From positions 133,121,741-133,185,740 of the forward strand of contig CM041465.1 of assembly GCA_023213395.1 (NCBI GenBank): a stretch of DNA of 64,000 nucleotides, read 5' to 3'. Shown piece by piece: positions 20,061 through 34,673 of the stretch. The notes under the pieces are model-generated. The model was given only the letters and a program-made list of their open reading frames with translations. It did not search any database and was not told the DNA's origin. Made by a program: the position numbers and the translations under genes. Each line of letters begins with the position of its first letter. Positions within the stretch are counted from its first letter, which is position 1. Source of the DNA: Cycas panzhihuaensis. Lineage: Eukaryota; Plantae; Cycadophyta.

Positions 20061-20659
20061 TATTAGACCATAAACAAGGGACTTTCATTAGCCTCCATAG
20101 TTAATTCATTAATTTTCATCAATTTACAAGAGCCCAAAAGTAGCCTCTTTATTTAGAGAACTCACACATCACAACTATGGTTGAACATGTTACATTGTCC
20201 TTTAGAGAAGCACTAATAACCCATAATGATTTAAAGGTTGTACTAACACTGCATGCACCATGCTTAGTAGTACCTTTCAACAAGGAGTAGACATGCCTAA
20301 CCCATACATCTACCAACTAAAATTCATATCAACTAGTATCTAAGATTAGATTTTAGTATACCAAAATGGCAAACATCATAACATGCGGTGTAAACTTTAT
20401 TAAATGCTAATTTTTAGCTCTAGAATCCATTGCATACTTTATTTTCATTGTAACATAAGCTTCAATGCTCTATTTGAGCCCTTCACACATGTTTTTAACC
20501 ATATGTAAGTGCTTGAATGGCTTATACAAGTCCCTTTTGGTGCATATAAGCACCTTTACTTGTTAAATAAGTGATTTATATTAATTTATAATTATTTTCA
20601 ATCCATCTTTTAGTGGATTTTTATCACTTGGGCAAGTCTCTTTTTGTTGCCTATTACAC

Positions 20660-21029
20660 TCTCCAACATGGCAAAGGAAGGCTATCCATTTACCCTTAGA
20701 GAAAAGGAAAATACTTCTTCTACTTATACCACATACATAGATATGTTATAGTTCATGGATCAAGAGTTTAGAGCCATTAGATAAGCTAATAAAGAGGCCA
20801 TGTACTAGTTGAGATAAGTTGATTATGTATCTATTTAGGATCTCATGAATAACATGATGCAAATGTTTTTAGACCTTTTTGCTAGAAATAACATCAAGGT
20901 CCTCTTCAAGCCATCCCCATTTATCGACCAACTTTTACGCTAGATACCAAGCTCACTATCCTAAAGTTCAATGATGCTCTTGATGCTAACAAATAAAATA
21001 ATTAGTTATGTTATCTTAAGGCTTTCTCT
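20660..21029 (+). pseudogene. Ty3 gag remnant, part 1 (continues at 34679-34851 and 45252-45360)
   Basis: KLTILKFNDALDA...; after removing the two copias it reads on to KIIIVKF..HALLWW and YEDKLKV*WYSLR*...YINQF, a retrotransposon gag pattern. Confidence 0.65.
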
Positions 21030-21350
21030 TATAGAAACTCATAATCAATATCAATAATATGAGAAGGATAGACCTATGTAAATTTAGAAAATAAATGGTT
21101 TAACTAAACCTGAAAATTCATCTCATTCTTATTTTAATCCCTTCCATTTTACAATACATAAAATCTGTATATGTGTGTGTATAGTGAATATTAATTCCCT
21201 TATTATCAACACATATAAGAAAAGTGGTGTAACTCCCAATGATTCACCATTCCTATATTACAAATACAATTAGAATAATACTAATAATATATGAACAATG
21301 GGAAGGCTCATAACTACATGTTATGAGCCAAATAAATATTAATATTAACA
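21030..21350 (-). repeat. 3' LTR of copia A
   Basis: Aligns with 34349-34673; flanked by PPT. Confidence 0.88.
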
Positions 21351-23571
21351 CCTCCCCTTAATGTTAATTATATTTATTTTGATACCTAAACCATATTAGA
21401 ATATCTAAAATTTATTACGTACCTATGGTTTGGTGAAGATATTAGCCAACTATTTTTTTATTAACTTATACACCATCTCAATTACTTTGTTCTGAATTAA
21501 TTCATGAATGAAGTGTTAATGCACCTCAATATGTTAAGTATGAGCATGGAACACAAGGCTCTTTGAGATCTTTAATATACTATGATTATCACCATATAAT
21601 ATTATTGATTCTAATTAACATAGTCCCATATACATTAAAATCTATTATAACTAAATAGATTTGGTAGCAACTATAATTACATCCTTATACTCTATTTTAG
21701 TTGAGAACAAAGCAATATTTAATTATTTTTTACAACTCCAAGTAATGGTATTAATCCTAAACTAAAATAGTATCTACAAGTTAACCTTCTTCTTTTTGTA
21801 CATCTAATCTAATCAGAATTTATGAATCCTACTAACTTAAAGTTAGTATTATATATGAATTTATGTCCACATTTAATAGTTCTTTTTACGTATCTAAAGA
21901 TTCTTTCTGTAACTTTCCAATGATTCTACTATGGTGTTATTATAAGTCTAGATACCATTCAAACTACAAATATAATGTTAGATCTAATAGTAATCGAGCA
22001 TATTAGACTACCCATTAATTATATGAATATTATTAGATCAATATCTATTCTACCATTTTCTATTTTCAATTTGGAACTTATCTCCATGGGGTTAGGCACA
22101 AGTTTGGAATTAACTATTCTGAATTTCTTTAATATTTCCCAATTATATTTCTCCTACAACATGAAGACATTCTAACCATTTTCTATACTTCCACTTTGAG
22201 GAAGTAGTGTAAAACTCTTAGATCTATCATCTAAAAAAAAAAAAACTAAGATCTACTTCTAGGTTTGATACCATATTGATATCATTACCTATGATCAATA
22301 CATCATCAATGTATAACACCACAAATATAACTTTATCATCTAAGACTTTTATGTATAGATTTGAGTTAGTTAGAGATATTTCAAAACTATTTTTGAGAAA
22401 TTACTAATTAATCTTTTTATACCTAGCTATTGGAGCCTATTTTCAACCATATAAGGTCTTTTTGAGCTAGGATACTAAGTGCTCTTGACCTTTCTCCATA
22501 AAGCTAGGTGGCTACTCCATGTAAACTTCTTCTATTAAATCCCTATTTAAAAATGTACTTTTCACATCTATTTAGTGAATCTACCAATTGAGTTATGTAA
22601 CCATCATTATAATTAAGTAGAGAGAATTCATCTTTATATTAGGACCGAATGTTTCTTGGTAATTGATCCCTTCTTACTACTTGAATAATTTCACTCTAAG
22701 TCTAGCTTTAAATTTATCTATATATCTATTAGATTTAAACTTAGTTCTATAGATCTATTTATAAAAAGTTGTATATTTTTCAATAAGTAATTTGACTAAA
22801 TCCTAGGTGTCGTTCTTCTTAATAGCTTAGATTTTAGTACATATAGTGTTATTCTACTTCTACTCTTTGGCTACTTCTTCAACCATATAATATTCATCAA
22901 CATTTAACATGTGCTATAAGAGCCACATTCACCTAACTAGAAAGTTATATTTGTGATTTTTACTTTTCTTCTAATTTAGGTAATAAAATTTTCACATCCT
23001 CCATAGTTTTCAAATACCATTTAAGAGGCTTTTTCTTAAAAGATGACAGTGAAGGTGAGAAGAGTTTCTCTAGCATCGCCTTTAACTTTATCTTTGATTT
23101 TTTCTTAGATTTAAATTTTAAAAACTAAAAGGATTTTAACTTTATTACTTCACCAATGTCAAATGATTCATATTTAAGTTGATTAATATCAATTAAAAAT
23201 TGCATTTATATTTCTCTTCCATTTGCTCCTTAACATCAATCAAACTATTATCTATGCTATCATCTTTACTAAAGATTATATCAAAAGTTGTATGAATCTT
23301 CTTAGTTGATAATTCATAAACTCTATAAGTTTTACTTTATTTAGAGTAGCCAACAAGGATGTATTTTATACTTTTATCATCTAACTTTTATTGTTTTTCA
23401 TTCTAGGTATGTATGTATATTGTACACCAAAAAGTCTTAGATGATAAATAGTTTACCTTTTATCTTATCAAGCCTCCTTATATATTTTATTCCTTACAAT
23501 CCTTATAGTACTTTTATCCATATGATATATAGGTATATTAATAACTTTAGCCCATAAAAAATTTAATACAT

Positions 23572-26500
23572 ATTTTATTTTTGATAAGGTAAAATAATAT
23601 TAGAAGGGGTTTTAACTAGGTCCCCAAACCTTATACATCATAGCCCATCGGCTTAGGAGAGATGACCATGACAGGCCCATGGTCTAGCCCAGATTAAAGA
23701 ATATTCCTGTCAACCTATCATGTCTGCCTCCCCAATGTGTATATCAATCCTTAGCAGACTCAGTAGCTCTTCCGGGAAGTCCTCCTTCCAGACCTTGGTT
23801 CTTTTATTTAACACAGCCTAGTTTGCAAACCAATCTGCTACCAAATTCCCTTTCCTGTAAGTATGCTGGATCTAGACACCCATTTTGGATCTCAGAACAT
23901 CTTGTGCATCTCTGATGATCTCTATATTATTCCACCCTGGCTCTGCTTCCCCCCTTAAACATCTTATCACATACATGGAGTCACCTTCTACAATCACCTT
24001 CTATGCCTCCTCCTCGTCCAACAAAGCTACCGCCCTTTACATGGCCTGCACCTCTGCTCTTTGGTTCGATTGGATACCTAAATACTCCATCAAAGCCCAT
24101 TTCAGAGTCCCTGTATGATCCCTGCAGAGTCCTCCCCCTCCCACCTCTTTGGGGTTTCCTTTAGCAGCTCCATCAAAGTTAATTTTTTCCTAAGTTACGT
24201 CTGGAGGGTTCCATTTGATTGTTCTCCTCTTCTCGTTACCACCCTTTAGAAAGCCTATTCCCCAGTCCTTAAGGATGCCTTCTTCCCTCTTGGGGAACCT
24301 ATCCTCCTTTGGGGGGACCAACATTTCTAGAATACCCTTCCTAATCTCAGCAAATAATATAGCGTTGTCTGTCTTTTTACCCTAAAAAATTCTCTTGTTG
24401 CATTCCTTCCAGATATTCCAAGTGCCTACCGGAAGGATCATCTTCCAGAATCTACTAAGCGTTTTACTCTTGAATGGAGAATCCCATGCTAGCCATTGGT
24501 CTTTCAATGATTTAGAGGAAACCCATACTAAACCCAACTTGGACCAGATTTCATCCCAGATTCCCTTAGAATAGGGGCAATGAATACAGAGGTGGTCCAG
24601 GGTCTCAGCTTCCACCTTGCATAATATGCACCTGTTCACCAAATGAAAACCCCGCTTCAAGAGGTTGTCCGTTGTTAGGATTTTATTTTGAAGGCATAGC
24701 CACCAGAAAGCTGCGATCTTCGAGAGAAGCCCCAACTTCCAAACCCTAGCCAACAAGTCATTCCTAGCCCAACCTTCCCTATTCATCATCAAGTTATAAC
24801 CATCTTTAACTATGTATGAGCCCAATGCCGAAAGGGGCCATACCAGTGTATAGGGAGAAGTCTGCTTCGGGATGTACTCGTTTTCTAATACCCCCTTCAC
24901 TCTCTAAATCTCCTCCTCGAGACCTTACAGCTCCTCAAACGATCTCCATCTCCTATTCTTGCCCTGCCCCACCCAATAATGCTTGACTAGAGAACCAAAG
25001 CTATTCTCACATACCCTCTTCATGATACCAATGTCTGGCATCTTCTCTAACCTAGAGGGCCTGCATCACTTGTCTTCCTAAAACCTTATACTTTCTCCGT
25101 CCCCCAGTCTCCATCGCATTCCTTTATGTAAGATGGAGCACGAAGACCAAATAGCTTTCCAAATGGGGGATCCTACAGGGCTACACTCCTCCTCCATCAG
25201 AAAGTGTTTATCCCTTAAGTATTTCCTTGCTATAATCTTTCCCCAGACCAAGCTTGCTTCTTTGGTGAGTCTCCACCCCATCTTAGCCAGAAGGGCTTCG
25301 TTAAAAAGGCCCAGCCTTCTAACATTAAGTCCTCTCGCCCACTTAGGCTTGCAAACCTTGTCCCACAACACTAGATGGACTCTGTTTTTATCTTCGGCCC
25401 CAGACCAAAGAAATCTCTTCATAATACCCTCGAGGATGGAGATAACCTTGCTTGACATCTTAAATACAGACATTTAGTAAACTGGAATGCTCTGAAGAGA
25501 GGCCACCACTAGCTAAATTTTCCCAGCCCAGCTTAGAAGTTCCCCTTTTTGGCTTGCCAATTTCCTGTTAAATCTACTCACAACGGGATCCTACAGATTC
25601 TTCACCATCTTTCCCACAAAGAGTGGCATTCTCAGATATGAGGCAGGAAGGGGTCTACTGGAGATCTCCAGAACCCTGATGATCCTTCTTTATAGCCTTT
25701 CTATTGTATTGATAAAGAAGACTGAGCTCTTATCCAAGTTAATTCTTTGATTGGTAGCCCTCTCATATGCCTGAAGACCTGCTTTCAAGGCCCTAGCCTC
25801 CCCGAGGGAGGCCCTGCACAGAAAGATGTTATCGTTGACAAACTTGTGATGGGCAATATTGTCCAAATTAGAAGATGGCTTCAATCCTGATATCCACCCT
25901 AACCTTTAAGCCTCCATTGTAGCCCTCCCTAATAATTCTGCCATAATAATGAAGAGGAAGGGTGAGAGGGGATCTCCTTGTCTCAAACTCCTAAAGCCAG
26001 GAAAGAAAGGTGTCGACCTCCTATTTAGAATCACTAAAAATGAAACCCTAGATATGCAACATCTCATCCAATCCCTCCAAACCTCCCCAAAACTGAATGC
26101 TTTTAAGTAGTCCAATAGACAGTCCCAAGCCACCTAGTCGTAGGCCTTAGACATATCTGTTTTAATTATCATACCTACCTCCTTCCTATGAAAAGTTGAG
26201 TACATTGTTTCGTGGATAGTAATAATACCATCCGTAATTTGTATGCCCTTAACAAATCCATCCTAATTTAGAGAGATGATAGCCAAAAGGCACTCCCTAA
26301 GGTGATTTGCTAACACTTTAGCTAGAATTTTATATTTTACATTACAGAGGCTGATCGATCTAAAATCTTCTATAGCTTCCGCTCCCTCCTTCTTTGGTAT
26401 CAAGATAAAAAAGGTGGCCTGCCATTCTTTCAGAATTATCCTCCTGAGAAAGAATTCATTTAACGCCAAAATTAAATCATCCTTGATAATATCCCAATAT

Positions 26501-28579
26501 TCCTGAAAAAATCTGGGGGGAAAACCGTCTGGCCCCGGGGCCTTATCCCTACCCATTTTGAATAAGGCTTTCTCGACTTCATCCTGAGAGAAGGGTTATG
26601 TCAATTTACTATTATGAGCCTTGGAGATAACCTTCAGAATATATTGCATGAGGCCAGCCCTTAGGTCAGGATCCTGACATCTAAGTTCTGCATATAACTC
26701 CTTAAAGTAGTCCAACGAAATTCCTCCAAACTGATCCTCTGACTCAATCAATACCTTATCCTTACTTCAGAGTTTGCTAATCCTATTATGAGCCCTATGA
26801 TTCAAGGTGGACATATGGAAATACTTAGTATTTCTGTCCCCCTCCCTTATCCATTGCTCTCTGGATTTCTGTTTCCAGAGGATTTCCTCCCTAGTTAGCA
26901 CCTCTTCTAATTTCTTGGTGGTGAATTATTTAGTTTGATCCAAGTCCTGGGTCCTTCCCTCCAGTTGGATCCTATCCTCGATTCCTTTTAACTCCGTCAG
27001 TAGGGCGCCTTTGTCTTTAAAGATGTTTCCAAAGACCTCCTTATTCCAAATTTTAATTTGTTGTTTAATCCAACTTAGCTTCTTCGAGAACCTAAACAAA
27101 GCACATCCGTGAACCGAGACTTCCCACCACTCGTCAATTCTTCCCCTAAGATCTGGATGCTTTTGTCACATGAGTTTGAAGCGGAAGGGGGCTCCTACAT
27201 GAATACTTAGGATAGACTCCTCAAGAACTAGGGGGGAGTGGTCCGAACTAGACTTCGGAAGAGCCTCTAGTTTAGTTCCTTCGAAGTGGCAAGACCATTC
27301 ATAATTGGTTAATATCCTGTCTAATCTGCACTGAATGTGATTATGTACTAAATGCATGTTGGACTAAGTATACCTAGCTCCCCTAAAGGGGACGTCCATC
27401 AGGCCCCCTGATTGTAAGAACTCTCCGAAATCAGACATGCTTCTGGACTAACCTACTTGCCCCTCTTTCTTCTCCTCTGAATTTAGAGGTATATTAAAGT
27501 CCCCAGCCACTAGCTAAGGACCATCCCAGTCTTTATGAGCCTCCACCAACCTTTCCATAAGCTCTTCCTACCCTCAACTGATATGGGGGCATAGACATTA
27601 ATGATCCAGTGCCTCTATTAGTCCGCACACATACCAAACATAAGGTTATGAAATGTTCACTTGTGACCACCTCATAACCTTTCCACTTATTTAGGTTCCA
27701 TAGGAAGGCCAACTCCCTAGAGCCTGTTAATCTAGCAACCATCCTCCCATCTCCCCTTCTCTAGATCTTGTTGAACACCTCTCTTTCCTTAAAGTGATCT
27801 AGTTTTGTCTCCTGTAAAAGAACTAAATCCGCGCCTATCCTTATCCTCAATTCCTTTACCAATCTCTGCTTTGATGGGGCATTGAGGTCCCTTATGTTCT
27901 AGGATAAAACCTTCATGGATATCCCGTAACCCCTCCCACCATCCTTTCCTACTTGTGAGGATAGGGCCCTCTAATGCTCCCCCCTCCTTTAAAGTATTCT
28001 GGTATCCCATATCGATATGAGCCAATGTTTCCTTCTCTTTGGTTGCCTTTTTAGGTGGTCTTACTACCTTCTTTTCTAGCCCATAGTCTGGAGCCTTCTT
28101 CAGATCTGGTATACTACCTTTTAAGACCCATTTACGAGTCCCTCCTCCTCCCTTTTCTAGATCCGCTACTTTAACCCCAGGTCGGTGGCTCCTTGACTCG
28201 TTACCCGCCCCTCATTGGGGCGGATCAAAGCCCCCTCTTACGTCTCACGAGTAATCCTCTAAATCCCAATTGATGTTCTTCACAAGTCGAGCCAAAGCTG
28301 ACTCTACAGCTATTAGGGGGAAATCCCCTCCCCCAGACACCCGACCAATAGCCTTTGTCTGATCTTTAGAACCCTCTACTGATAATCCTCGTTCCAAGCA
28401 CGGAGCTTGTCCCACATTTCTGTCAACATCTACACCTTTGGTCTCTCCCCTTCCTGCCTCTATTTCCACTAATTCTTTGCTATCATCTTCCTGAGCTTCC
28501 TTGTCAACTAGTTTCTCATCAACTTTTGTTTTATCTATGGGACATACCGTTGCATAACCTGGTTCCAAGACCGATAACT
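23572..28579 (-). mobile_element. L1-clade LINE, 5'-truncated within ORF1, with EN-RT-zf-RNase H ORF2 pseudogene
   Basis: Endonuclease S*NIR (~27900) and LDRIL..SDHSP (27166 ORF). RT KAPGPDGF, LIPKK..FRSISLCN, LRQGDPLSPFLF. zf-RVT TTDNLLKRG..RCILC..ETLDHL. RNase H KINFDGAAKGNP (~24155-24190). A-rich 3' tail ~23572-23582. TSD AAAATTTAATACAT at 23558-23571 and 28580-28593. Confidence 0.95.
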
Positions 28580-28754
28580 AAAATTTAATACATCTTTATG
28601 TTTCATCATAGATTTGGCTTTTTCAACTAAAGTCCTATGCATTTATTCAACAACTCTATATTATTAATATATACAAGTAGTAGCAAACTACCTCTTGATT
28701 TTAGTCCTTGTAGAATTGATTAAATTCAATTGAAATATACTCATCACTATTACT

Positions 28755-31339
28755 TATTAGAATATGTGATATCTTCATATATCTAATGTTTAATATAAGA
28801 CTATGAACCCACACAAAATTCCACTTACAAAAGTATTAATAAATATGACAATATATGATTATTCATATACACATCCTATTGAATGATGAAAATGGTTACG
28901 ATATATTATATACTATTTATGAGGTGACATATCTATAAATATGTACACATACCACTTAAGAACTTGAGAGAGGAAATATTGACTTGGAGATGTAATCATT
29001 TGATATCACAAAGAGGAGCTCCCAACTCTAACCTTCTCCCATATTTTTTTTTTCTACATTAGGTTTTTCATGTATAAATTTGTTGTCTTTCTTATGGTGC
29101 ATGCATAATTATGTTTATACTTTATATTCATGTTATTGCTTTATATGTTAATCTTATAATATATGATTTGTATACATTCCTCATGATATGGTTAATTCAT
29201 TATATGTGGTTGATATACTTCCATTATATTATGAGTACATTCCAATAAGGTATAAGAGTAAAATTTTAAATTCTTACATAGTATAGGAGCCATGGTGATA
29301 CTACAAGCCTATCGGAGCTTGGGGTTATGAAAGATCATGTGGAGATTTGTGAATGTAGTTTATCAGAGCCATGGTGAGAGCTTGGTTGCTAGCCATGTTA
29401 TGAAAGATCTTTTGAAGTAAGTTGAAGATTATACAAGCCAAAAGTTAAGTCAATTATAGAGCTAATATGAGTTAATACAAGTGTTAATATGATAAGTATT
29501 TTGATAAGTGAAAAACTAATTATACCTATGATATATGATGAAGATTATAGGGCAAGATAGAGATAATTTAGAGCTACATATAAAAGATGATAAAAACACA
29601 TATAAGAGATGAAGTTTCATGATTAATATAATAAATTAATGGTATATTAATTATTGAATTAATATGGGATTTTATTTTATCCATGAGGATCCATATATGC
29701 ATAGCATACAAGTTTAGATCAAGTCCATCAAGATGAAGAGATGAGAAGAACTATTACCAATTACATTTACTAATACATATTTGCCCCTTGAAGAAGTTAT
29801 TATCACATCTAATCTCATAATTAGTAGCAGTAGATACACTTAGTTAAAAGATATGTTGAGCTACATGAAAACTTATTCCATCAGTGAATGAATGATATTA
29901 AATTGGTAGTAGGCTTATAGCAGTAGATATATGGTAGCCCATGAGGTATGTTTTATTAAGAGGAAATGACGATTTAATGAAAATTAATGTTTGTGGTGGT
30001 AAATTAAAGCATGATAATAAGGATTTTATTGTTATATGGCAACATGAATGAAATGTTGATGGTATTTATAAGGCACATATGAGGATTAATTAAAAACACC
30101 ATGATATGATGAATAAGGGTTTGATGCATCTTTTTGATGTTGTATTGAGATATTCACAATTAAGTATTTAAAAATATACTTACCTATATATATATATATA
30201 AATGGCCTCACATTATATCTTAAAAGACTACAAGGTCATTCATGATGGTAACCTACATAAAATAAGTGATATAGTTGAGTCATCATTTGGGGAGTTAACA
30301 ACCATTTATTATTTACATGTAGAATGTAAATAATGACCTTTGGATAGATTTAAATATAGAGAATAAAAGATTATGATGAGCAATATGACATCATAAAAAA
30401 CTCTACTTTATTAACAAGGTTAATGTGTTAGAGGCATCACAACTCTGGCAAGAGAGAGTAGTGTAATATATATTGAGTATTTTAATATTCAACTATCTCA
30501 TATGTATGTTGATAATACTACAATGTAACTTACCTAAAATCCTAAGCAATATGATATAATTATGGCCTAATATTCTATTAGATGAACCATCCATACTTAT
30601 AGGAAGTATTTGGATGCCTCTTTCCGCTAGTGTTAGTGAATTGAGACTCAGAGCTTTTGAACCTATGCATGGTTTAGCTCTAGATATTGTTGGCCAAGAA
30701 AAATATGTAACTATGTGCATTAAAAATATTGTTAACTTGTCACTAGAGATAAATAACATTAATAATTTAATAATGAATTAAAACGTTTTCTCTTATTTGA
30801 TCTTCATATTACTACAAGTTATGATTTGGTGTAGTGTCTAGTGTCACAAAATTATAATCACTTCTTTAGGTGGATGGTCTGTATTAGTAAATGTAACTGC
30901 AAATGGTTCTTCTCATCTCATCTTATTTAGTGGACTTATTCAACCTATATATTCTAGAATATATGCATATAATATGCTTAAATAAATATCCATATAAATT
31001 TAATAATCAGTATACCATCAATTTTGTTGTATTCATCTTGATGTAGCTTTATCATCATCTGCATGTGACTCTAATCATCTTCATCATGCCCTAGAATCTT
31101 GGTCATATGTCACTAGCATAATCAGCTTTTGGCTCATCAAAACACCTTATATTGACTCCTTGACTAACTAAAACTGGATCCTATATTAGCATACTTAGCT
31201 TAATTGGCTCATCAATTAGCTTGTATAAGGTTCAATTTATTTCATAAGATCTTTAACGTGGCCAACAACTAAACTATACTTTCACTGTATTATGAATATA
31301 TTCCAATAAGGTATCAGAGTGAAATTCTAAATTCTTATA
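28755..31339 (+). mobile_element. 2.6-kb non-coding LTR-type element with internal long inverted repeat and truncated 3' LTR
   Basis: TSD TTACT (28750-28754, 31340-31344). 5' LTR 28755-29278 with PBS-like TAGTATAGGAGCC. The last 65 bp of the LTR recur at 31275-31339. 29382-29803 is inverted at 30854-31272. The host integrase motif (KIL..SNSDEY) rejoins on excision. Confidence 0.8.
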
Positions 31340-34300
31340 TTACTAATTTGTAAGATCTTGACTTTATGTCTACTTTCATTCTCTGTCAACTCTCTAAATT
31401 ATTTAAAAATAGGTGAAGCCTTGCAAATTCTCTCTTAATGGAAAAAAATCTAAACTTTTCATGAAAATTCATTAATGAATATGATAAAATACCTTACTCC
31501 TCTAAGCAATATGATAGGCATTGGTCTAAAAATATTTGAGTAAATGAATCCAAATTCTTCTTTACATGTCTATGCTTTCTTTTTTCAGAAACAACTTTTT
31601 ATGTTATAGATAGAAATGCAAGATTCACATAAATAATTTTTAACATTTATCAAAGGAAGATCGTGCACCATTTTCAACTTATGCATAGTTCAAATGGCTC
31701 ATTCATTCATGTCATAATATTTGCTTTAGAGGTATAATGAGGAATTTTCTTTATATTTCAGAGTGTCCTTGTAATTTATATAGATTATTATCCTTAAGCT
31801 CTTTAGCTACAATCTTGTTGTTTATCTCATACCATGCATTATCGTCAAACAAGCATGATAGCTATATTTTGTTGTTCAAAATTTCCCACAAAAATAAGAT
31901 TCCTTTTTAGATTAGGCATGTATACAATATTCTCTATATATTATAGTTTACTATTTGTCATGATAAATAGTACCTTTACAACTTGTATAGCCTCCAAATC
32001 AATGTCTTCCCTAATGGCAACTTTCTAATTCACCTTCCACATCTAATAAAACTATTCTAATATACTAGTCACATGTCTTAATGCACCTAAATCAATAAAT
32101 TAGAGCTCTTATGTATTTGACCTCATCTTATATGTAGCTACAAATAGTTGTTTTATTATTTCAATAAGTGCATTCTATGTTACATTTGTCATGTAACCAC
32201 ATTATCTAGATGTATGTTATTGTTATTGTTTTTTTTTTTATTGTTGGGGTTACTACTAAGGATGTTATGAATGCTAATATCACTACCATTTCTAATGGTC
32301 CTTTTCTATATACCCCAACTGTCTACAATGATAGAGTTTAGGCTTATACCACCCCTTTAATCCTCCTATTTTTCCCTTTCAAACTACTAGTTTAGATGTC
32401 ATGTTTCTTTAGAATGTATACATTTTTTACCCTAAAATGTTCATCATGGTATATTCATATATCAAAAACAAGCTCTAGACTATTTGGAAAAGGCCCTAAC
32501 ACACTTTACTCCATGTGACTAGAAACTAAATAGAGGAGGGTCTTTGAAATAAACTTAAAACTTTATGAAAAGTGATTTAATATAACTTAACCTTATAAAA
32601 TGAAAAATATATAATAACTAATGTTTTAGAGAAGGAGTATTCTTCTTAATATTTTGCCCACTATTTAACGATATGAAGTACTGATACAAAAAAATATAAA
32701 TTTCAAGGGATTTTTTAGTATTTTTCTTCTAATCCTTAAGTGAATGACAGTGGGGGATAGAGTAACACCTCATGCAATCACAGACATGCCATTTGTAATG
32801 AAAAATTTGGGCTTTTTACATGCCTATTACCTCAACTTATTGCCAACCTTGAAACACCTTTTATGAGGTTCTAAAACTGAGTTTGCTTTATTTTTTTATT
32901 GTATGTTCATATTTTTTCTTCCACAGAGGTTACCCATATGATAAGATGGTGCTTCACAAAATTTTTTGAGTTTGATCCTTTTTTCACTATGATCTTCATG
33001 TTTAAGTGATGATTGTCTAAGAAGAAATGACGACTCATAACTTTTAAATGGAAACTCAAAACATTGTCTTTCTCATTAATTTTTTAATGTTTATCTCTTA
33101 TTCATAGGTACTAATCATTGTTGGGTGATTTTCTTCACCATTTTCCATTAACTTTTTAGTGTTTTTTTTTAAATTTCCATAAGTTGGATGCCCCTTTTTT
33201 GTAATTGAAAAGTAGGGTTTTGACCCATAAAATTTCTTTATTTTCTAATAAAATTCTGTTCATATTCTTTGCCCTATATGGGGATTTGATAAATGCAATT
33301 GGTTCTTTAATGGATTTGCTTAAAAAACCCCTTAAAAACTATTATTCTAACATGAAAAAAAATGTTTTTAAAAAACTATATTTTTCTTATTGGTTTTCCT
33401 TTAATTTTCAATGGTATAAAATGACTTTCTTAAAATTTCTCCTAGGATTTTAATGTTTGAACTTACAGGATGTGGCCTTAAAGGCCCTTTAAAAATTTAA
33501 TTTTAGTCTTCTTTTATTTTAGTCAATAGATGCTTTGAATGATTTTAAATAATGTTCTTTAATGATGTTTTAAAGGGTGATAAACCCTTTCAAACTAGTG
33601 CATAAAATTTGTTCTTCTTTCCACTTTTTAATAGTGATAGATTTACTATTTTTCACCATTATAGATATTTTTTTAATACTTTAGAAAACACCTCTAAATG
33701 TTGCTATGATATTTAGCTATGTGGCTTTGAAATGATACCTTCAAGCTCAAAAAATGAGCTCATATTCATCAACTATTCTATTTAAAATTTGTATGGAAAC
33801 ATTAGTGGGGTTTGCATATGATATGCTATTTTGTATATAGAGTTTAATATTATTTTTTAAAAATGTGTTGATTAAAAAACTGATAAAATAGGTATCTTCA
33901 AACTATTAATAATTTGATTTTACCCTAGAATCAAAACATATTTCTTCACCCTATTTAATAACATCTTCCCTTTAATAAAATTACTAATAATATATGCTCG
34001 ACAGTACTCAAAGGATTGTGTTTGAAAATATACTTTAAGAGGATTGTTTCTACATTAAAGACTAGATTTTAATTACTAGAGAACCTTTGAAATGATCCTA
34101 TAACATGTATGTTTAACTAACATAATAGCAATCATCATATGAAATAACTCATTCATGAACAAATTTAAAAACTATATAAACACAAGTAACTCGAGTTATT
34201 AAATAGATTAAAGGTATGAAACTAGTATCAAGTATAAAAGAAACTTAAATTTGTTATTTACCAATAATAAAACTACCTAAAATAGACCTTATAATTTTAT

Positions 34301-34348
34301 AATAAGCATTAAATCTAGCTAAATTACACCTAAATTTCTCCAATACCA

Positions 34349-34673
34349 TGTAGAAATTCATAACTAGGATCAATAATATGAGAAAGATAAAGCTACATAG
34401 ATTTAGAAAAGAATGGTCCAACTTAACTTGAAAATTCACCTCATTCTCATTCTAATCATTTCCACTTTATAATGCACAAAATTAATGTAAATATACAAGT
34501 TTGAAAGGAATATTAATTCCCTTATGATTAACACATGTGAGGAACGTGGTGTAACCCCTTATGACTCATAATACTTACATTATAAATAAAATTAGACTAA
34601 TGCTAATAATATATGAATAAAGGAGGGACTTCTAACTATATGTTATGAGCTAAATATATATTAATCTTTAACA
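34349..34673 (-). repeat. 5' LTR of copia A
   Basis: TG..CA ends; adjacent PBS. Confidence 0.88.

Larger units (their letters stand above)
21030..34673 (-). mobile_element. Ty1/copia element A (degenerate), hosting a LINE and a 2.6-kb LTR element
   Basis: LTRs 21030-21350 and 34349-34673; PPT 21351-21359; PBS TGGTATTGGAG (34338-34348). RNase H *LANIFTKP (~21430-21450), RT VLYIDD (~22300) and LYG.K*AP, integrase ~23200-23550/28600-28750/31345-31700, protease FIDLGA (~32085). Imperfect TSD TCTCT/TCTTC. Confidence 0.88.

Noticed and set aside
30493-30759. ORF with YFSWP and ISMD, reminiscent of Ty3 integrase
   Set aside because: Motif spacing and catalytic residues are not convincing by eye; needs an HMM search
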